The position numbers and the translations under genes are program-made. Below are positions 13,321-26,659 of a DNA stretch of 64,000 nucleotides, in pieces. Source of the DNA: Camelus ferus. Lineage: Eukaryota. Under the pieces are notes generated by a model that saw only the letters and a program-made list of their open reading frames with translations, made no database searches and was not told the origin of the DNA. How positions within the stretch are numbered: the stretch's first letter is position 1; the number at the start of each line of letters is the position of its first letter. The DNA lies in contig NC_045696.1 of NCBI RefSeq assembly GCF_009834535.1, positions 66,962,001-67,026,000 on the forward strand, written 5' to 3'.

Positions 13321-15099
13321 TTGGGTTTGCCATTGAATAGCTATGTTGTCTTGGAAAGGTAATTTCTCCATCTGAAATGTCATTTTCTTCATTTACAAGA
13401 GGTTGGATATCATCTTTTTTCCAGGCTTAAAATTTCTAGGATTTGTCATAAGCTTACTCTGTCCCACTAGGCTAATTTGATACCTAAATCAAGTTATTCA
13501 TCTTATAGGAAGAACTGAGAGATGATTAAATGTGCATCTGTTCACACTGCCAGAAGGTACCATCAATGACAGATTGGCCACTTCCTATAGGAAGGATAGT
13601 ATACACGTAGCTTTGACCATTTCTCAATTAAAAGAAAACAGTGTCAAAGGAAGAGGGAGAGAGAGAGTCCAGTTTCATAACAAGACTGAGTCAATAAATT
13701 TGAGCCCAAGAGACTAAAAGCATTATTGAGAAATCGGAACCTATTAACTACTCCTGGATTCCAGATAAACCTTTTACGTGCCTGCTCTACTCTTTCCGCC
13801 AGAATTGCTTTTAACAGGAAATCTTCATATCCTGGGGCAAACATACAATCTAAAAGAAGTCAGTTCCCTCCTCTTTTCTCACCATTGATCAGTTCAAGGA
13901 CTCTTCAGATTACATTCAAAGAGATGGATGCCAGAAAGGAAGTTGCCGCCTCTTCAAGTAGAATGCCTTCATGGCCCCTCACCTTGCATGGGCACCAGTT
14001 TTATATCAAACTGGTGGAAAGCAAACAAAACCATTTCTCAGAGCCGTGAGCTTTATTTTCACAAAGTGAACCTAAAGCATGCTATCCAGTTACAGCCTCT
14101 CAAAAAAAAAAAAATAGTAATAATAATCAGGCTAAGTTCATTCAGTCCCAACCCACACACAGTCCCTCAAACCATAACACAGAGTTAACACAATCCCAAG
14201 GTGGTCGAGTGGTTTAACCACAAATATCCTGGCAGCCTTGTGGTCTGACTCTTCGTTTACACAGCTGAAATAGGATGGCTAGGGCCCCTGGTTAGCACAG
14301 GGAAGGAAAGATCTTTGATGACCGGGTGCCCACTGTGGTCAAAACTGGTCAAATCTGCCTTTGGGTAGATACAATGGGGAGGTATCCACTCTTGAGCAAA
14401 AAAGAATAGCCAAAGAAAACAAGAGGAAAAACCATTCATTCAGCAAATATCTAGTACATACCAGAAATTTCTGTGTTGGGTGGGGGTAGTAAATGGAAAG
14501 AAAAGACAAAGATGAATAAAACATGAAAATTATCCTTTAGGCTAAGCATGGCACAAAGTAGAAACTGCTAAGTGTAATGAGAACTAGAGAAAGTCCTGCA
14601 GGAAAAGCATGATCCTTGGCGTTAGTAGACTATCGGTAAATGTGTGACAGAAGGAAGGGTGGAAAGAAAGGAGGGCAAATACTCATGCTTAGTTCTGGCT
14701 TTGGAAGACAATAGTTCAGGGAATTTGTATTGAGAGATAAAAAGAATACTATATTAGACACTGCAAACTGATGAAAAGGAAACTAAATGAGCTTGGATGT
14801 AGTTTTATAAAAAAAAACGTGTAGAGAGCCACTTGTTTGAAATAAGTTGTCTCAGCTCTGTGTCACATTGGGTAAAATGTCTCATTCTGCTGCAAGAGGA
14901 AGACAGAGTCACATAGATGGTGCCTCTGTGTCGGAAACCAGCAGAACTTGATTTGTCTGGAGGAGCAGAGCTACTAATCCCAAAGGAGAGGTTGGCTCCT
15001 AACCTCCTGAGAATCCAGCCCCAAGGTATCAGTGGATACCTTACTTCATCAGGGAGGCAATCATATCCACCTTTCTGGAGTATGCTGTACATTTGTTTG

Positions 15100-15420
15100 C
15101 TTTGAGACCGTTCACCCTACATCATACTTGAGGACTCCATCTCTACCAGCTTTGTACATCCAAATCCTACCCATCCTTTAAGCCTTCCTCCATGGTCACA
15201 TCCTCTTGGAAGCTTCCATGACATTGTGAGAGGAAAAAATTGTTACCTATCCAAAATTTCCTATCACCCTCTTTCTGCCTTAGGGTCCTGAATACATATT
15301 GCTTTTCTTTGTAGCTTTTGGTACCTTCTCTATAAGGGATAGTTTCTGCCTTCTCTATACGGCCTGGAGGGTAGAGGATCTGTCATTCATTCTTATCAAC
15401 CCAATGCCAAGTCATGGTTA
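15100..15420 (+). mobile_element. L2 fragment
   Basis: CAAATCCTACCCATCCTTTAAG and CTGGAGGGTAGAGGATCTGTC motifs of the L2 3' region. Confidence 0.6.
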
Positions 15421-15534
15421 AAGAGGACTCCATGGAAGTTCAACCAACTTGGTAACACACTTGTGGTGTTACCAAACTATGTTATGTTACCGTAACTGTG
15501 CTGATGTCATAGAGTGAATAATTTTGATGATTGT

Positions 15535-15910
15535 ATAAGCGGGATAATGTACGTTGTTCTGCTTTATAAATACTTTCAAATTCCGGTGACTTAAACAGTA
15601 AAAGGTTATTTCTCATTCATAACACAAATCCATTGTGGATTTATTGGAGGTTCTTCTCCACATCATTCTGACTCAGACATGCAAGCTGAGAGAGCCTATG
15701 TTGCCTGGACATCAGCAGTTACCACGACAAGCAGAAAGAAACATGATGAGTCAGGTGACAATTTGTAAAGGCTGTTGCCTGGAAGTGACATATATCATAG
15801 GATCATACTCCACTGGCCAAAGCTAGTTAAAAAGCCATGTCTTATTTGAAGAGGATAAGGACATGCAATTATACTATGTGCCTAGACTATTCAGTGAACA
15901 ACTCTAGTGG
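15535..15910. mobile_element. MaLR LTR (MLT1J/K-like)
   Basis: GACTTAAACAGTAAAAGGTTATTTCTC and CCACTGGCCAAAGCTAGT motifs. Confidence 0.65.
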
Positions 15911-17702
15911 TTAATAAAAAGACCACAAGGAATTTACTTTCAGTCTCCAAGTCTGAGCTTCTCATTTAATAGATATGGAAAGACAGCAGCTTCTACCAAG
16001 AACAAACTCTAAAATAATTTGCCTGGACCCCTAGCACAGAAATCATGGGATCTCATCTTAACCACTCTGTTTTTGTATTATAGATAAATAAACAAATAGC
16101 TGGCTAGCTAGCTAGAAATGTAATTTTTTTCAATAAAGTGGATCTAGGAATCCATTAAACTTACTGTGTATGTAAGACAGTATATCACCATTAGAAGTAG
16201 AGAAATATATTGCTGTTCTTAGGGAGTAAAAACACACAAAATCATAAGAAAGCAGAGTATTTCATAATTAATTAATCAAACATTATTTAATAAGCATTAT
16301 TTTTTGTGCTTTCTTTTGATAGCATAGGCCTCCAGAAAAGGCAAACAATGGTGGTAAAGATTGTCAGTGGTGTTCTTATAAGGCTGGATGATTTAATCTT
16401 TGTCAAAGACAAGAGGTCTGTCAAAAGAAATGCCTGTGATAAAAGATATCATTTTGCTATTGACCTCAAAGGTAAATTGTTGAACTCCTCTCAAACAAGT
16501 ACCCACAAGAATTGAGAGATTTCTTAGATTTTGCTGGTTTATAGATTTATCCCAAAGAAAAATATACACAGAAAAGCATGCATTTCTGCATCCAGTGATG
16601 GGGAACAAAATTGGAGGATGGATAAAGAGGAGAAAGGAGAAAAGGGCAGAGCTAGGAGCAAGGCACCAGGGCTGGTAAAGGCAACTGGCTCGGGACTTAA
16701 GGCATCTCATCTCCGGTTACTAGAACACACCAGACAACTCTTGCAACAGAGGAGAATTTTTACCATGCAGAATCGGGGAAACAGACAGATCCTTAAGGGA
16801 GCAAAACAGAACCAGAAAGTCATTTAATGGGGGTAAGTGGAGAAATATCATCCTGGTGATCAAAATGCTTTGTATCATATTGATTTATTAAGTTCATAAA
16901 AGGTCCTCAGATCAAGCTGCCATCTAAAGATTCTTGACAACTTCTCAAAATCCCTACAAACAAAATTATCCTTTACACCGTCCCTGGATGCAAACAATTT
17001 AAGAAGAGATAGAGGTGGAATGTCTTCAGAAGTTCCCAGAGTCCCTTTATTTGCTTACAGTCCTTTCAGCTACACCCATAAACCAGCATCTTCATATGTA
17101 TGTCTCCCTAGAGAAGTCCCAAAGGCTGGTGTAGTTCTGCTCTGATGAACCTGGTCCCCCTCTAAAACTCTTCACCCCCATTTTAACCTTTTGATATTCT
17201 GGGATTTCTCTGAAGATGTATTTTGCAAAAAAGGATTTTGCACCTTGAAATATATTGGTACTGCTGTTCCAAAATGTTCCTTAAGGCAAATCAATTTCTT
17301 GACTCAGAAGAATCATAAGGAAGACATATAATAAGTGTAGACCAGGGAGCTGTTTCTACTTTCTTCTTGTACATTAGGCTGAGTTTCAAGTATAGGCCTT
17401 TAGAGACAAACGATAGTGTTAAAGTGGGACTCTAGGCATCTGAATGGACCCAGTGACTTTCTGTTCGGATGCAGTGGTTCTAAGACTGTGATTTTTTTGA
17501 ACCATAACAAATAATGCTCCTCCCTCTCCTCCTCCTTAGCCTCCTCCTGCTAAGACTAAGTCACAGTCTTGGCACACATTTGTCACTTTGGGGGAACAAT
17601 TATGACCAGAGACATCCCTTGGATATGCAAGGCCTTAGTCAAATAATTGTATGGGTTCTTGTCTATGTAAAACATTTGATTTTAATAATGTGTTACTGAA
17701 TT

Positions 17703-18169
17703 CTCTTTTCTTTTTATTGAAGTATAGTCAGTTTCCAATGTTGTGTCAATTTCTGGTGTATAGCATTATGTTTCAGTCATACATGAACATACGTATATTT
17801 GTTTTCACATTATTTTTTCATTATAAACTTAGTACCAGATATTGAATACAGTTCCCTGTGCTATACAGAAGAAACTTGTTGTTTATTTTTCATATGTAGT
17901 TAGTATCTGCAAATTCCAAACACTCAGTTTATCCCTCCACCCTCCCCTTTCCCCCCGGTAACCATAGTTTGTTTTCTGTCTGCAAGTCTGTTTCTTTTTC
18001 ATAAGTAAGTTCATTTGTGTCTTTTTTTTAGATTCCATATGTAAGTGATATCATGTAGTATTTTTCTTTCTCTTTCTGACTTACTTCACTTTGTATGACA
18101 ATCTCTAGGTCCATCCATGTTGCTGCAAATGGCATTATTTTATTCTTTTTTATGGCTGAGTAGTATTCC

Positions 18170-18175
<6 letters not shown>
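17703..18175 (-). mobile_element. Cetartiodactyl/camelid L1 3' end (5'-truncated)
   Basis: TTTTTATTGAAGTATAGTCAG...TTCCCTGTGCTATACAG...TCCATCCATGTTGCTGCAAATGGCATTATTTTATTCTTTTTTATGGCTGAGTAGTATTCCATTG. Confidence 0.9.
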
Positions 18176-18215
<40 letters not shown>

Positions 18216-18250
18216 ATACATATATATATTTATATATATATAGATATATA
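18172..18250. repeat. Compound (TG)n(TA)n microsatellite
   Basis: About 20 TG units followed by an imperfect TA run, at the end of the L1 fragment. Confidence 0.95.
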
Positions 18251-18739
18251 AATTTTTAAGTCCATGTGAGATATAGTTATTTATTAACTATAGAAGATTA
18301 GAATACTGAATAAAGAAAAATCACTTACTGTATTTGTTTATTGTTCATTATTGTTCAGTCAGTATGTCTGGAGATTCTTACACTAATGTCTGACTTTCCA
18401 CAGAAAAGTTTCAAACTCCAAAATGAAAATTTTTATAGTTTTGAATATTACAGTCATTGTTAAAAACCTGTGCTTCCCTTTATTTTCACCCAGATCTTGC
18501 TGGGAAGAAAAACAAAACAAAAAAAAAAGACATCACTATTATCCTTTTAGTGGAAAACAAAGTCTCTCTTTTCCTGCAGCTTTATTTTCACCACCTAGGC
18601 CACTTCAATCCACTCACATGTGATGAATTATTTGTTTTCCATCTAATCTCCACTATGTCTTACCATTCTGAGCAGGAAGAATCTCCCAGTTGTAAATGGA
18701 ATGCTTCTGATCAAACTTATCAAAGAGAGAAGAAATGAC

Positions 18740-18870
18740 ATCCTTGAGCCTGTATTTTTTTGCCAGGTGTCTTATGTACATTTCGATCATTTAACTCTCT
18801 TGATAACACTTGAGATGGGCATTATGAACCCCAGATTGTAAATGAGGACTGAGTCTAAGAGAACTTGTCA
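18740..18870 (-). mobile_element. MIR fragment
   Basis: CATTATGAACCCCAGATTGTAAATGAGGACTGAG, the antisense MIR core. Confidence 0.65.
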
Positions 18871-19719
18871 GACCAAGGGAGCTCTGTTCTCTGCAAGACT
18901 GTTGCATTTCTTCAGGTCTTTATCTGCCGTTTCCTAAAACTTGATGTGAGGGATTACAATCAGTTGTAAGTAAATATAAATGCATACAAGATCACCAGCA
19001 ATTTCTCCACTGCAGAGAGCACTATTGCCAGATCATTTTTATTTTAATGTGATTCAGCTCTCAAATAGAGATGAACGTTTCTGTGTGTGTATGTTTCTGG
19101 ATGACAGTGAAATTCCTCGCATAAACTTATATGTAACTCAAGGGCAAGCAAAGCCACAGTCAGAACTGGGTTGTACCTGCAACTGAGGCTGCCTTGAGTC
19201 ATGAGTTAGAAACCCATGCTTGTTAATGGGAATCAATAACACACATTCTTAGACCCTCCACAGAAGATGCCCCATCACTTAACATGTTAACCTTTACACT
19301 TGTAATCCTGAATTTGTAGAAAATGGACAAAGGGTCTGAATTTGTGTTATAAGGAGAGGCAAGCCTCTCTCTGGATGTATCCACCAGGTCTATTCCACCC
19401 CCAAGCAGGCCATTCTTTCCTTGCTTTATTTGCAGATAAGATCTTCCACAAATATTTTTATGTCTGGAAATAACTTTTGAACCACACTACACATATACAT
19501 ACACAAACATACACACATGTATGTACACACACAGACATACACACAGATATATATCCATATCGGAGTTCAGTTCACACCTTAGCTGCAATCACCTATATTC
19601 TTTTTAAAAACAGTTTCAGCATGTGGTCATAGGATATTCAAAATGTTAAAATATCAAGTTTTCCATGTAGAAAATGAAGGAAAGTTAAAGAATGCAGAAT
19701 ATTAACAGTAGGAAAACCT

Positions 19720-19935
19720 TGCATATGGACAGCACTTGACAAAGAGCTTGCGTTCTCACTGTCTCATCTGATCCTTGTAACAGGCTTATCAGGAGGCAAG
19801 AGAGATGTTATTAACCTGTTTTAAAACATGAATAAACTGAAAGTCAGATTCATGCTGAATATTCCACACAAATGAATACAACGAGATCTGAAGTCCAGAT
19901 CATCGCAACTTAAATCCTGTATACTTTTTACCATA
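19720..19935 (-). mobile_element. MIR fragment
   Basis: TCTCATCTGATCCTTGTAACAG...AATAAACTGAAAGTCAGA. Confidence 0.65.
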
Positions 19936-20944
19936 ATTATTTCCTTATTTCTGAAAAGTGATTGTAGTCCTAATATATTATCTATCTATCTATCCATCCA
20001 TCCATCCATCCTCCTATCATATAGCTAGCTAGCCTTATATTTTACTATGTTCAGGCTTTTTCCGGGTACCAGTGATGCTTCTGTTTATACCTTTTGGTAG
20101 AGAAATGGCTTCACATTTGGTTGGATTCACAGACCCATGACCCACAGAGTTCTACCCATGCCCCTCAGGACTCGAAATCTTTCCTACTTTCCTCAGTCAC
20201 TGTGATGCATTCAGCCCACCAGTGTTATGCAGAAAATTTAAATACAAGTCTTTAATTTAGCAGATCCACCCACAAGGTTCCAGAAGCTTAAGTCAGCATG
20301 AGTCTTTGGGAAAATATCACTCTGGAAAAAAATAGTACATGTGAGAAAAATACTGTGAATTTAGAAGCATTTGTTTTACAAACTACAGATGCAGAGTGAA
20401 AGAAAATGACATCTCGCTTTGATATTAAGCATTCCTCCATAACACATCCATCTGCAACATGGTTTGCAGTCACTTACGCGCTAAACCTCACAGCACACAG
20501 ATTTGCACATGAGGTACAATACAGCTGACCCCGTTTTGCAGATGGAGAGAATAGAAACATGGGGAGAGTAAATGAATTTCTCAAAGTTTCTAATCCGTTT
20601 TCTGACATCTGCCATTGGATAGGAGTAAACCAAGTCACACTGGCCCTTTATTAAAGCTAAGAGAAGGAAAGAACATTGGTTCCAGGTTTTCTCTTTGGGA
20701 GGGGCTTGTTGGCTGAGATCTGGTGAAGAGGCAGACAGGAAACTTATCTTGAAGCCATTTTTTGTGTAGTAAAAGCACAGTCTTTAACTGATCGTGTGTC
20801 TTTTGGGGAAAGGTTGGTGAGGAAGACAGTGCCTTGGTACTGCCTGTGACAAAACTGATAGGAACAGCCTAAACAAAACGGCCACGGCCACTCAGAAGAG
20901 GGAAGCAGTTTTATAGTGCAGGAAAACTTGAAATGAGAAATGGA

Positions 20945-21285
20945 AGACTCAGCTTTGGGTCCTGGCCCTGTCTCCTTAAGCAAGTTTCTTTATCACTCTG
21001 AGCTTCAGGGCTCTCATCTTTAAAAGACAGGGATGGACTAGATCAATGGTCCTCAAGGCATGGTTCTCAGGTCAGCGGCATTAGCATCACCTGGAACCTT
21101 TTTAGAAATAGTGAATTCTCAGGCCTCACCCTTCACATAATAAATCAGAATTGCTGGGAAGAGGGCCTGAAATCTAGTTTTTGAAGACTTTCAGGCAATT
21201 CTGATGAGTGCTAACATTTGAAGATGATCAGACCAAAACTTCTCTAGAAAGGCCTTCCAGCTCTAAGATGCTGAATCCATCACAT
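20945..21285 (+). mobile_element. MIR/MIR3 fragment split by a MER5A hAT MITE (~21045-21228)
   Basis: MIR core ends at GGACTAGAT. MER5A body follows (AGCATCACCTGGAAC...AATTCTCAGGCCTCACCC). The MIR3-type tail CCTTCCAGCTCTAAGATGCT then resumes. Confidence 0.75.
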
Positions 21286-21926
21286 TATTGACATGATGAA
21301 TTGCATCTTTTCAGATCATTTTAAGGACGTTTTAAGACATTCTTCAGAACACATACTAGTTCATTTTCAAGCTCTGTGAAGAAGGTAGGTATTAATCTTC
21401 TCTCTTTCTGGTGGCAGAGAAACTGAAGCCCAAGCCTCCAGAAACTATAGAAAGATGTGAGGGAGCAACATGCAATGCTTCTCTTCCTCAAAGTAAAACA
21501 CACTTATCCTTTCTACAACTCAGGGTTAGAACCGTAGCTGACCAAAGCAGAGAGTCAGCGGGACGCAGGGCTGCTCCCCCATTTACTGTGACCGGGGAGA
21601 GACAGCATCTAACTGAATGTTGCAGGCCCCGGGGAAAATATGACATAATATTCGTTGCTGGTTTTTACCTCTCTAGAATGTTAGAAAGATACATGAAATA
21701 ATACAAGTCAAGGTTTTCGTAGTTCCTGAGAATCAAGACACAATTTAGAAACATTTCATTATGTATAGATGCTGCAGTGAGGAGCCTAAGGCAGGGCCTT
21801 GGAAATGTCTTCTTTGTTTAAGCACATTACCTGACACATATTAGGTGGTGGGTAAATGCTCGTTGAATCAGATTGGTCTGTGCAGATTTCTGTGGGAGAA
21901 TATAAAGAAACAAAGTGTTATAAGTG

Positions 21927-22461
21927 CAGATGGCCCCTGACATATGATGGTTGGCCTTACAATTTTTCAACTTTGCCGTGGTGTGAAAGCAGTACATCAG
22001 TCAGCAGTCACCGCTATTTGAATTTTGAATTTTGGTCTTTCCCGGGCCGGCTGTACATGGTCCAGTATTCTTGTGACGCTGGGCAGCGGGCACCCAGCCG
22101 CAGCGCCTAGCCAGTCACATGATCCCGAGGGTAAACAACCAATACGCTTATAACTATTCTGTACCCATGTTACCCGTCTGGTTTTTCACTTGCAGTACAG
22201 TATTCAATAAATGATGTATTTGACACTTCACCATCAAATAGGATCCCGTGTTAGGTGATTTTGCCCAACTGTCAATAATTGCTTGACAGTAATTCCCAAA
22301 TGTGGCCACATATCAGGCGAACGTAAGTTTCTGAACATGATTAAGGTAGGCTAAGCTGAGTTCTGATGTTCTGCAGGTTAAATGCATTTTTCACTTAGGA
22401 TATTTCCAATTCATGATGGGTTCATCCAGATGTAACCTAACTGTAAGTCAAGGAAGATCTG
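21927..22461 (-). mobile_element. Tc1/mariner non-autonomous element, Tigger5/MER47 family
   Basis: TIR-like ends (CAGATGGCCCCTGACATATG ... GTAAGTCAAGGAAGATCTG) with TA at 22462-22463. Internal GATTTTGCCCAACTGT...AAGGTAGGCTAAGCT matches the MER47/Tigger5 consensus. Confidence 0.8.
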
Positions 22462-22834
22462 TATAACTGGAGCAGCATGGCAAATCGGGCTGTGAACAGG
22501 GTAACTGGACTGGAAGATACTCCAAACCTTGTCAGAAAAGGAACAGTAAAGGAAATAGCAGTTGTTTAACCCACAGAATTAATGATATTGGTGGAGTGAG
22601 ATGGGCATCTTCATATAGCTGGAGGTCTTCCATATTGTGGAACATGAAACCACAGACACAGATAATAGAAGAAAGACTTTGTTACTCTTCTCCAGCAATA
22701 GTCAGTTTCCTGTCTCCAAAGTTTCTGTAGACAAAACAGATTTGGGAGATAGACCCAGTAGAAGTGACTTAAAATGTAGAAAAGGTAACGCCAGCAGTTG
22801 AGTTGGAGGAGGAGAGAATCTGAGGGGTTAGGTA

Positions 22835-23290
22835 CGTGCTGGCTATACTTTATTTTCTACTCCTATGCCTAATTCGTCCTCTGTAGTGCTCTGTCCTGTT
22901 CTGCGCCCTGGGAAATTGATCTCCCCAGCCTTCACCACCCTGGGCATGGCTGTCCCTCAACTTCTTGTTGGGTTTGCCAAGTGGAAGACACAGGGAAGAA
23001 ACTGGACGGTGAGAGAGGAGATCACGTTGTGTGTTTATTCCACTCCTACCACTGCCTCTTGACATCAGACAGGACAGGTCCCATTACATGAATTCTCCTC
23101 CTTACTCCAGCACTTGTCAAATCCCTGTAACGTCGTTCCTTCCTTGTGCCCTTTTGGACGTGGGGTGATAACCACATCAAATAGTGCTAATCCTGGGCTG
23201 CTTCATCCTTGTCGGTTCGACTGAAATTGCCCACACCTATGCAAACAAACAGTCCATTCAGTAAACTCTCTTCAGCTATGGCATGGGAAC
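22835..23290 (+). mobile_element. ERVL LTR (LTR33-like)
   Basis: CTCTGTCCTGTTCTGCGCCCTGGGA, TTGGGTTTGCCAAGTGGAAG and AGTAAACTCTCTTCAG motifs. Confidence 0.65.
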
Positions 23291-23324
23291 ATCATCCAAT
23301 GAGCGGGGTGGCTGCCTCAGAGAA

Positions 23325-23670
23325 GGGGTTCTGAGTCTGTAAACTGCATCAGCATCATCTAAGGCTTGTCAAACAACAGACCTGGGCCTCGCCCCAGGAT
23401 TTCTGAGCCGGTGAGGCTGGGATGGGGCCCAAGAATTTTCATTCCTAACAAGTTCCCAGGTTATGGTGATGTCGCTGGTCCAGAGAGCACATTTTAAGAA
23501 TAATTGCTTGACAGTAATTCCCAAGTGTGGCCACATATCAGGATTACTTCCTGAACTACATAAAAATACAGATTCTTATAATCCCCTCTGGATCTACAGA
23601 AACAGAAGCTGAAAGATCAGAGTTCTGGAATGTGGATTTCCTCAATTTTCTCAGCTGATTATAATTAAGT
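23325..23670. mobile_element. Adjacent MER5A and MER5B-like hAT MITEs
   Basis: GGGATGGGGCCCAAGAATTTTCATTCCTAACAAGTTCCCAGG (MER5A), then CAGTAATTCCCAAGTGTGGCC...AAAAATACAGATTC (MER5B-like). Confidence 0.8.
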
Positions 23671-23939
23671 TGGATCATTTCTCCAAGATGATTTCAACTC
23701 TGAAATAATAAAGGGAGATGTGCTTATTCTATGTCTTTTGGCTTGAAGGTAATGAGAGGCTCTGACCTTGTCAGAAAAAGGAATAAGAAGCTTATTCTTC
23801 CCCTTCTTCCAAGAGACAGTTTACCAGCTTTAACTTTGAAAGGGGTGGCTTCTCTGAATCCCATAAGGAGGTGTGATCACCTCATTCTTCTTTGTTGCAC
23901 ATCAGCAGCTGGGCCACTTTCGAGTGAGTGCTCCCATCA

Positions 23940-24710
23940 CAGTGTATTTGCATCTTTGGCTCCTGTATCTGACTCACACAGAAGATGGTGAGGTCCTTGA
24001 GGACAGTGATTGAATCTTACCCATTTTGAATGACCAGCGTTTAGCACTTAGCACAACTTCGTGTCATCAGGACTGAGCACCTGGGCCGGCACAAAGCTAA
24101 CTGCTATGGGAGGGAAGATTGTGGAGTAAATGAATGAAATGATGGAATGAATGAATAGATGTTGTTCCTCCTCGTCGTCTTTTCTATTATGTCAGCACAA
24201 AATAATCATAAACCTGCCTTGGGCCCGAGATGCTGATTTTACCGAGTAAATTTGCTAATGCTGTGGGACTTGAAGTGAGTTGGATGGCCCCATAGATCTT
24301 TTCTGTCTCTTAACTTCTTGGTTCAACAAGTAATTGAGAGGAATCAATCTCCCACTGACTGACAGCTTTGACAGCTGCTGTTCTCGAGATGTCAAGCATA
24401 ATCTGTCATTCTCTTACCAACTTAAAACTGAACAGAGACATATGCACTGTCAGTCTCATTTGTCTGATCTTGCTCCTGGACCCCAGTCCCCTCACTCCTG
24501 CCCTGTTTTATACTCCCTCCTCCCGCCCCCGCCTCATGTCAGCCAAGTGCCTTCAAATTCTGAGCAATTCCGAAGCTCCTGTGCCCCGAGCTAGGAGCTG
24601 GATTAGAGCTCATCTTCTCTGACTATTATTACAGCACGTTTACAGTGGAGTCTCCAGCTTTGCACACTAATAGGACATCATAAATGTGAATCTGTTCAAA
24701 TAATAAACGA
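23940..24710 (+). mobile_element. Two L2 3' fragments (~23940-24160 and ~24400-24710)
   Basis: GAGGTCCTTGAGGACAG motif and (GAAT)n tail. Confidence 0.55.
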
Positions 24711-25330
24711 ATCTTCTCTCTACACTTAGCCAAGGGAAGTGGATATTAAAATGAATAAGAGTAATAATAAAAAGTGCACTAGCAGCATGGGTATAATTAA
24801 ACTGAATAGCTCACACATAAAAAATAAAACTCAGAACATTGCCTTCCTCTGGGACACACCCCAGTACACCCAGACCTCGCCTCAGAAAGGTATGCACCGC
24901 TTGTCATCCGAACATTAAGCAAACACCTACACTCACCTTCCCGTCTACATTAAGGAGATGAATTTGGCTTCCTGAGTCAAAAAGTCTTCCAGGTCTTGGA
25001 AGCGGGGAGAAAACCACCAATTTTTCCTATTCTCAGTATTCAGGAAAGCAAAACGCAATTCCTTGAACTGACGGGATCAGTGCTTCTAAAGGTGAGGGGT
25101 ATCCGACCTGCAGTCGGCGTCTTAAGTGCATTTGCATCTGTGCTGGAAAAAGTAGCCAGCAGCATGGTAGGTATATTTCAACCTTTCAAGCTGCTCTGCA
25201 GATCACCTGAGGAACTCTCCCTTCTAGAAAATTCATCGGGAAGTATTAGCTCTGAGGGCGCTCAGGCACTGTGGGTGGGGCTGCTGTCACCTGCACTTTC
25301 TCCCCTGCAGCCACTTAAAACCCCGTGAAG

Positions 25331-25498
25331 GGGGAGGGTACAGCTCAGTGGTAGAGCGTGTGCTTAGCATGCAAGAGGTCCTGGGTTCAGCAGCTGGGTC
25401 CCCCAGCACCTCCATTTAAAAAAAAATACATTAACCTAGTTACCTCTTCCCCTAAAAAATCTTAAAAAAAAATCAAAACAAAACAAAACAAAAAAACC
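25331..25498 (+). mobile_element. tRNA-Ala-derived SINE (camelid Vic-1 type)
   Basis: GGGGAGGGTACAGCTCAGTGGTAGAGCGTGTGCTTAGCATGC head, AACCTAGTTACCTC segment and (AAAAC)n tail. 13-bp TSD AAAC[C/T]CCGTGAAG at 25318-25330 and 25499-25511. Confidence 0.92.
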
Positions 25499-26659
25499 AA
25501 ACTCCGTGAAGAGCCAGTTACCCCAATTAGGTTACACCTACCTTCCTTTCTCAAGAGCTTTGTGTCCAAGTCACCCCTAGTATGAAAATTAAGAGGTATT
25601 TCCTCATTACCCTTAGTAAGGTGAGCTTGTGAGAGTGAAGTCTCTGGGTTATTTTGGTCTTTGGGAACTTTGTGCCTGCGTGTGGCCCTTTTCCTCCGAA
25701 GAAGCTATACTTACACAGAGGCCTCTCCTAGGATTCTTTCCTTTTCAGGAAATGGAATATTCACCATACACTTAATGTGTGTACTATGTATGTATTCATT
25801 TTTAACCACAATAGATTCTCTTGTTCTTCACTTCACTTTCCTGTACTTTTGAGATTCCCATAACTTTCATCTAGAGAAGCCAAAAGGGAAAGCTCACACA
25901 TCTCCATGGACCTGAGGGATTAAATCTCTGTTTTCCTTCTTTCATAGTCCTTTTAAACTTGGCACAAAAAAAAAAAAAAACCCTCCAAGGTGAAGCATGG
26001 CTTGATAAGGATTTTCCTCCTCCATCCACTCAGTGATCACAGTCAACTGCTGGGTCTTTACCAGTTTCACGGAAAAGGGGGTCCTTCAGGCAAAGGCAGA
26101 GCTTGCTCTGATGCCCTGAATGATAGTCGGCAGAGCTGCCAAGCAGAGGGAAGAGCTTTGTCTGACATCACTAAGAACGCTCAAGTCACATTATTGCAGT
26201 TTTTGTTGGAAGTTGTCTGTTTCTCTTCTGTTGTACTTAGTATTCACAATATTAACCATATTTATCATGGAATTCTAAAAAATATTAAGCCTAAATAAAT
26301 CAGGGTTAATTGCTCATAGTTTTATGCAAACACCCCTTATCACGTGAGTGATTTTGAGAATTCACTTGCTTTTTCTAAGTGTGTATACATCCCTGGTGAC
26401 AGAGGTATTGGGGCACGATGTTAAATGCGCCTTTGAACTTTCATGCTCTCTGTGTTACACTCTCAGTGACTGATGATTACCAAAGTGTTTGTTGCCTCTA
26501 GTTGAATAGATAAGCAAGGGGCAAACAAGGATGTTTATGCACATGGAATTAGTACATGTGTGTTACGCACAGAAGACGATCCCTGAAAGCATATTGGAAC
26601 TCTTGCCTTAACATTTAATTAACTTATATTAGGATTTATTTCATTTTCTAGGGTGAAAT

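Noticed and set aside
16323..16471. Possible + strand coding exon (TTTTGATAG acceptor to AAG|GTAAAT donor)
   Set aside because: The translation resembles no protein I recognise and no partner exons were found.
22274..23542. 44-bp direct repeats as LTRs, a TSD or CRISPR repeats
   Set aside because: There are only two copies, they are too long for a TSD, and the intervening DNA is a mosaic of unrelated older repeats. The host Tigger element continues right after the first copy.
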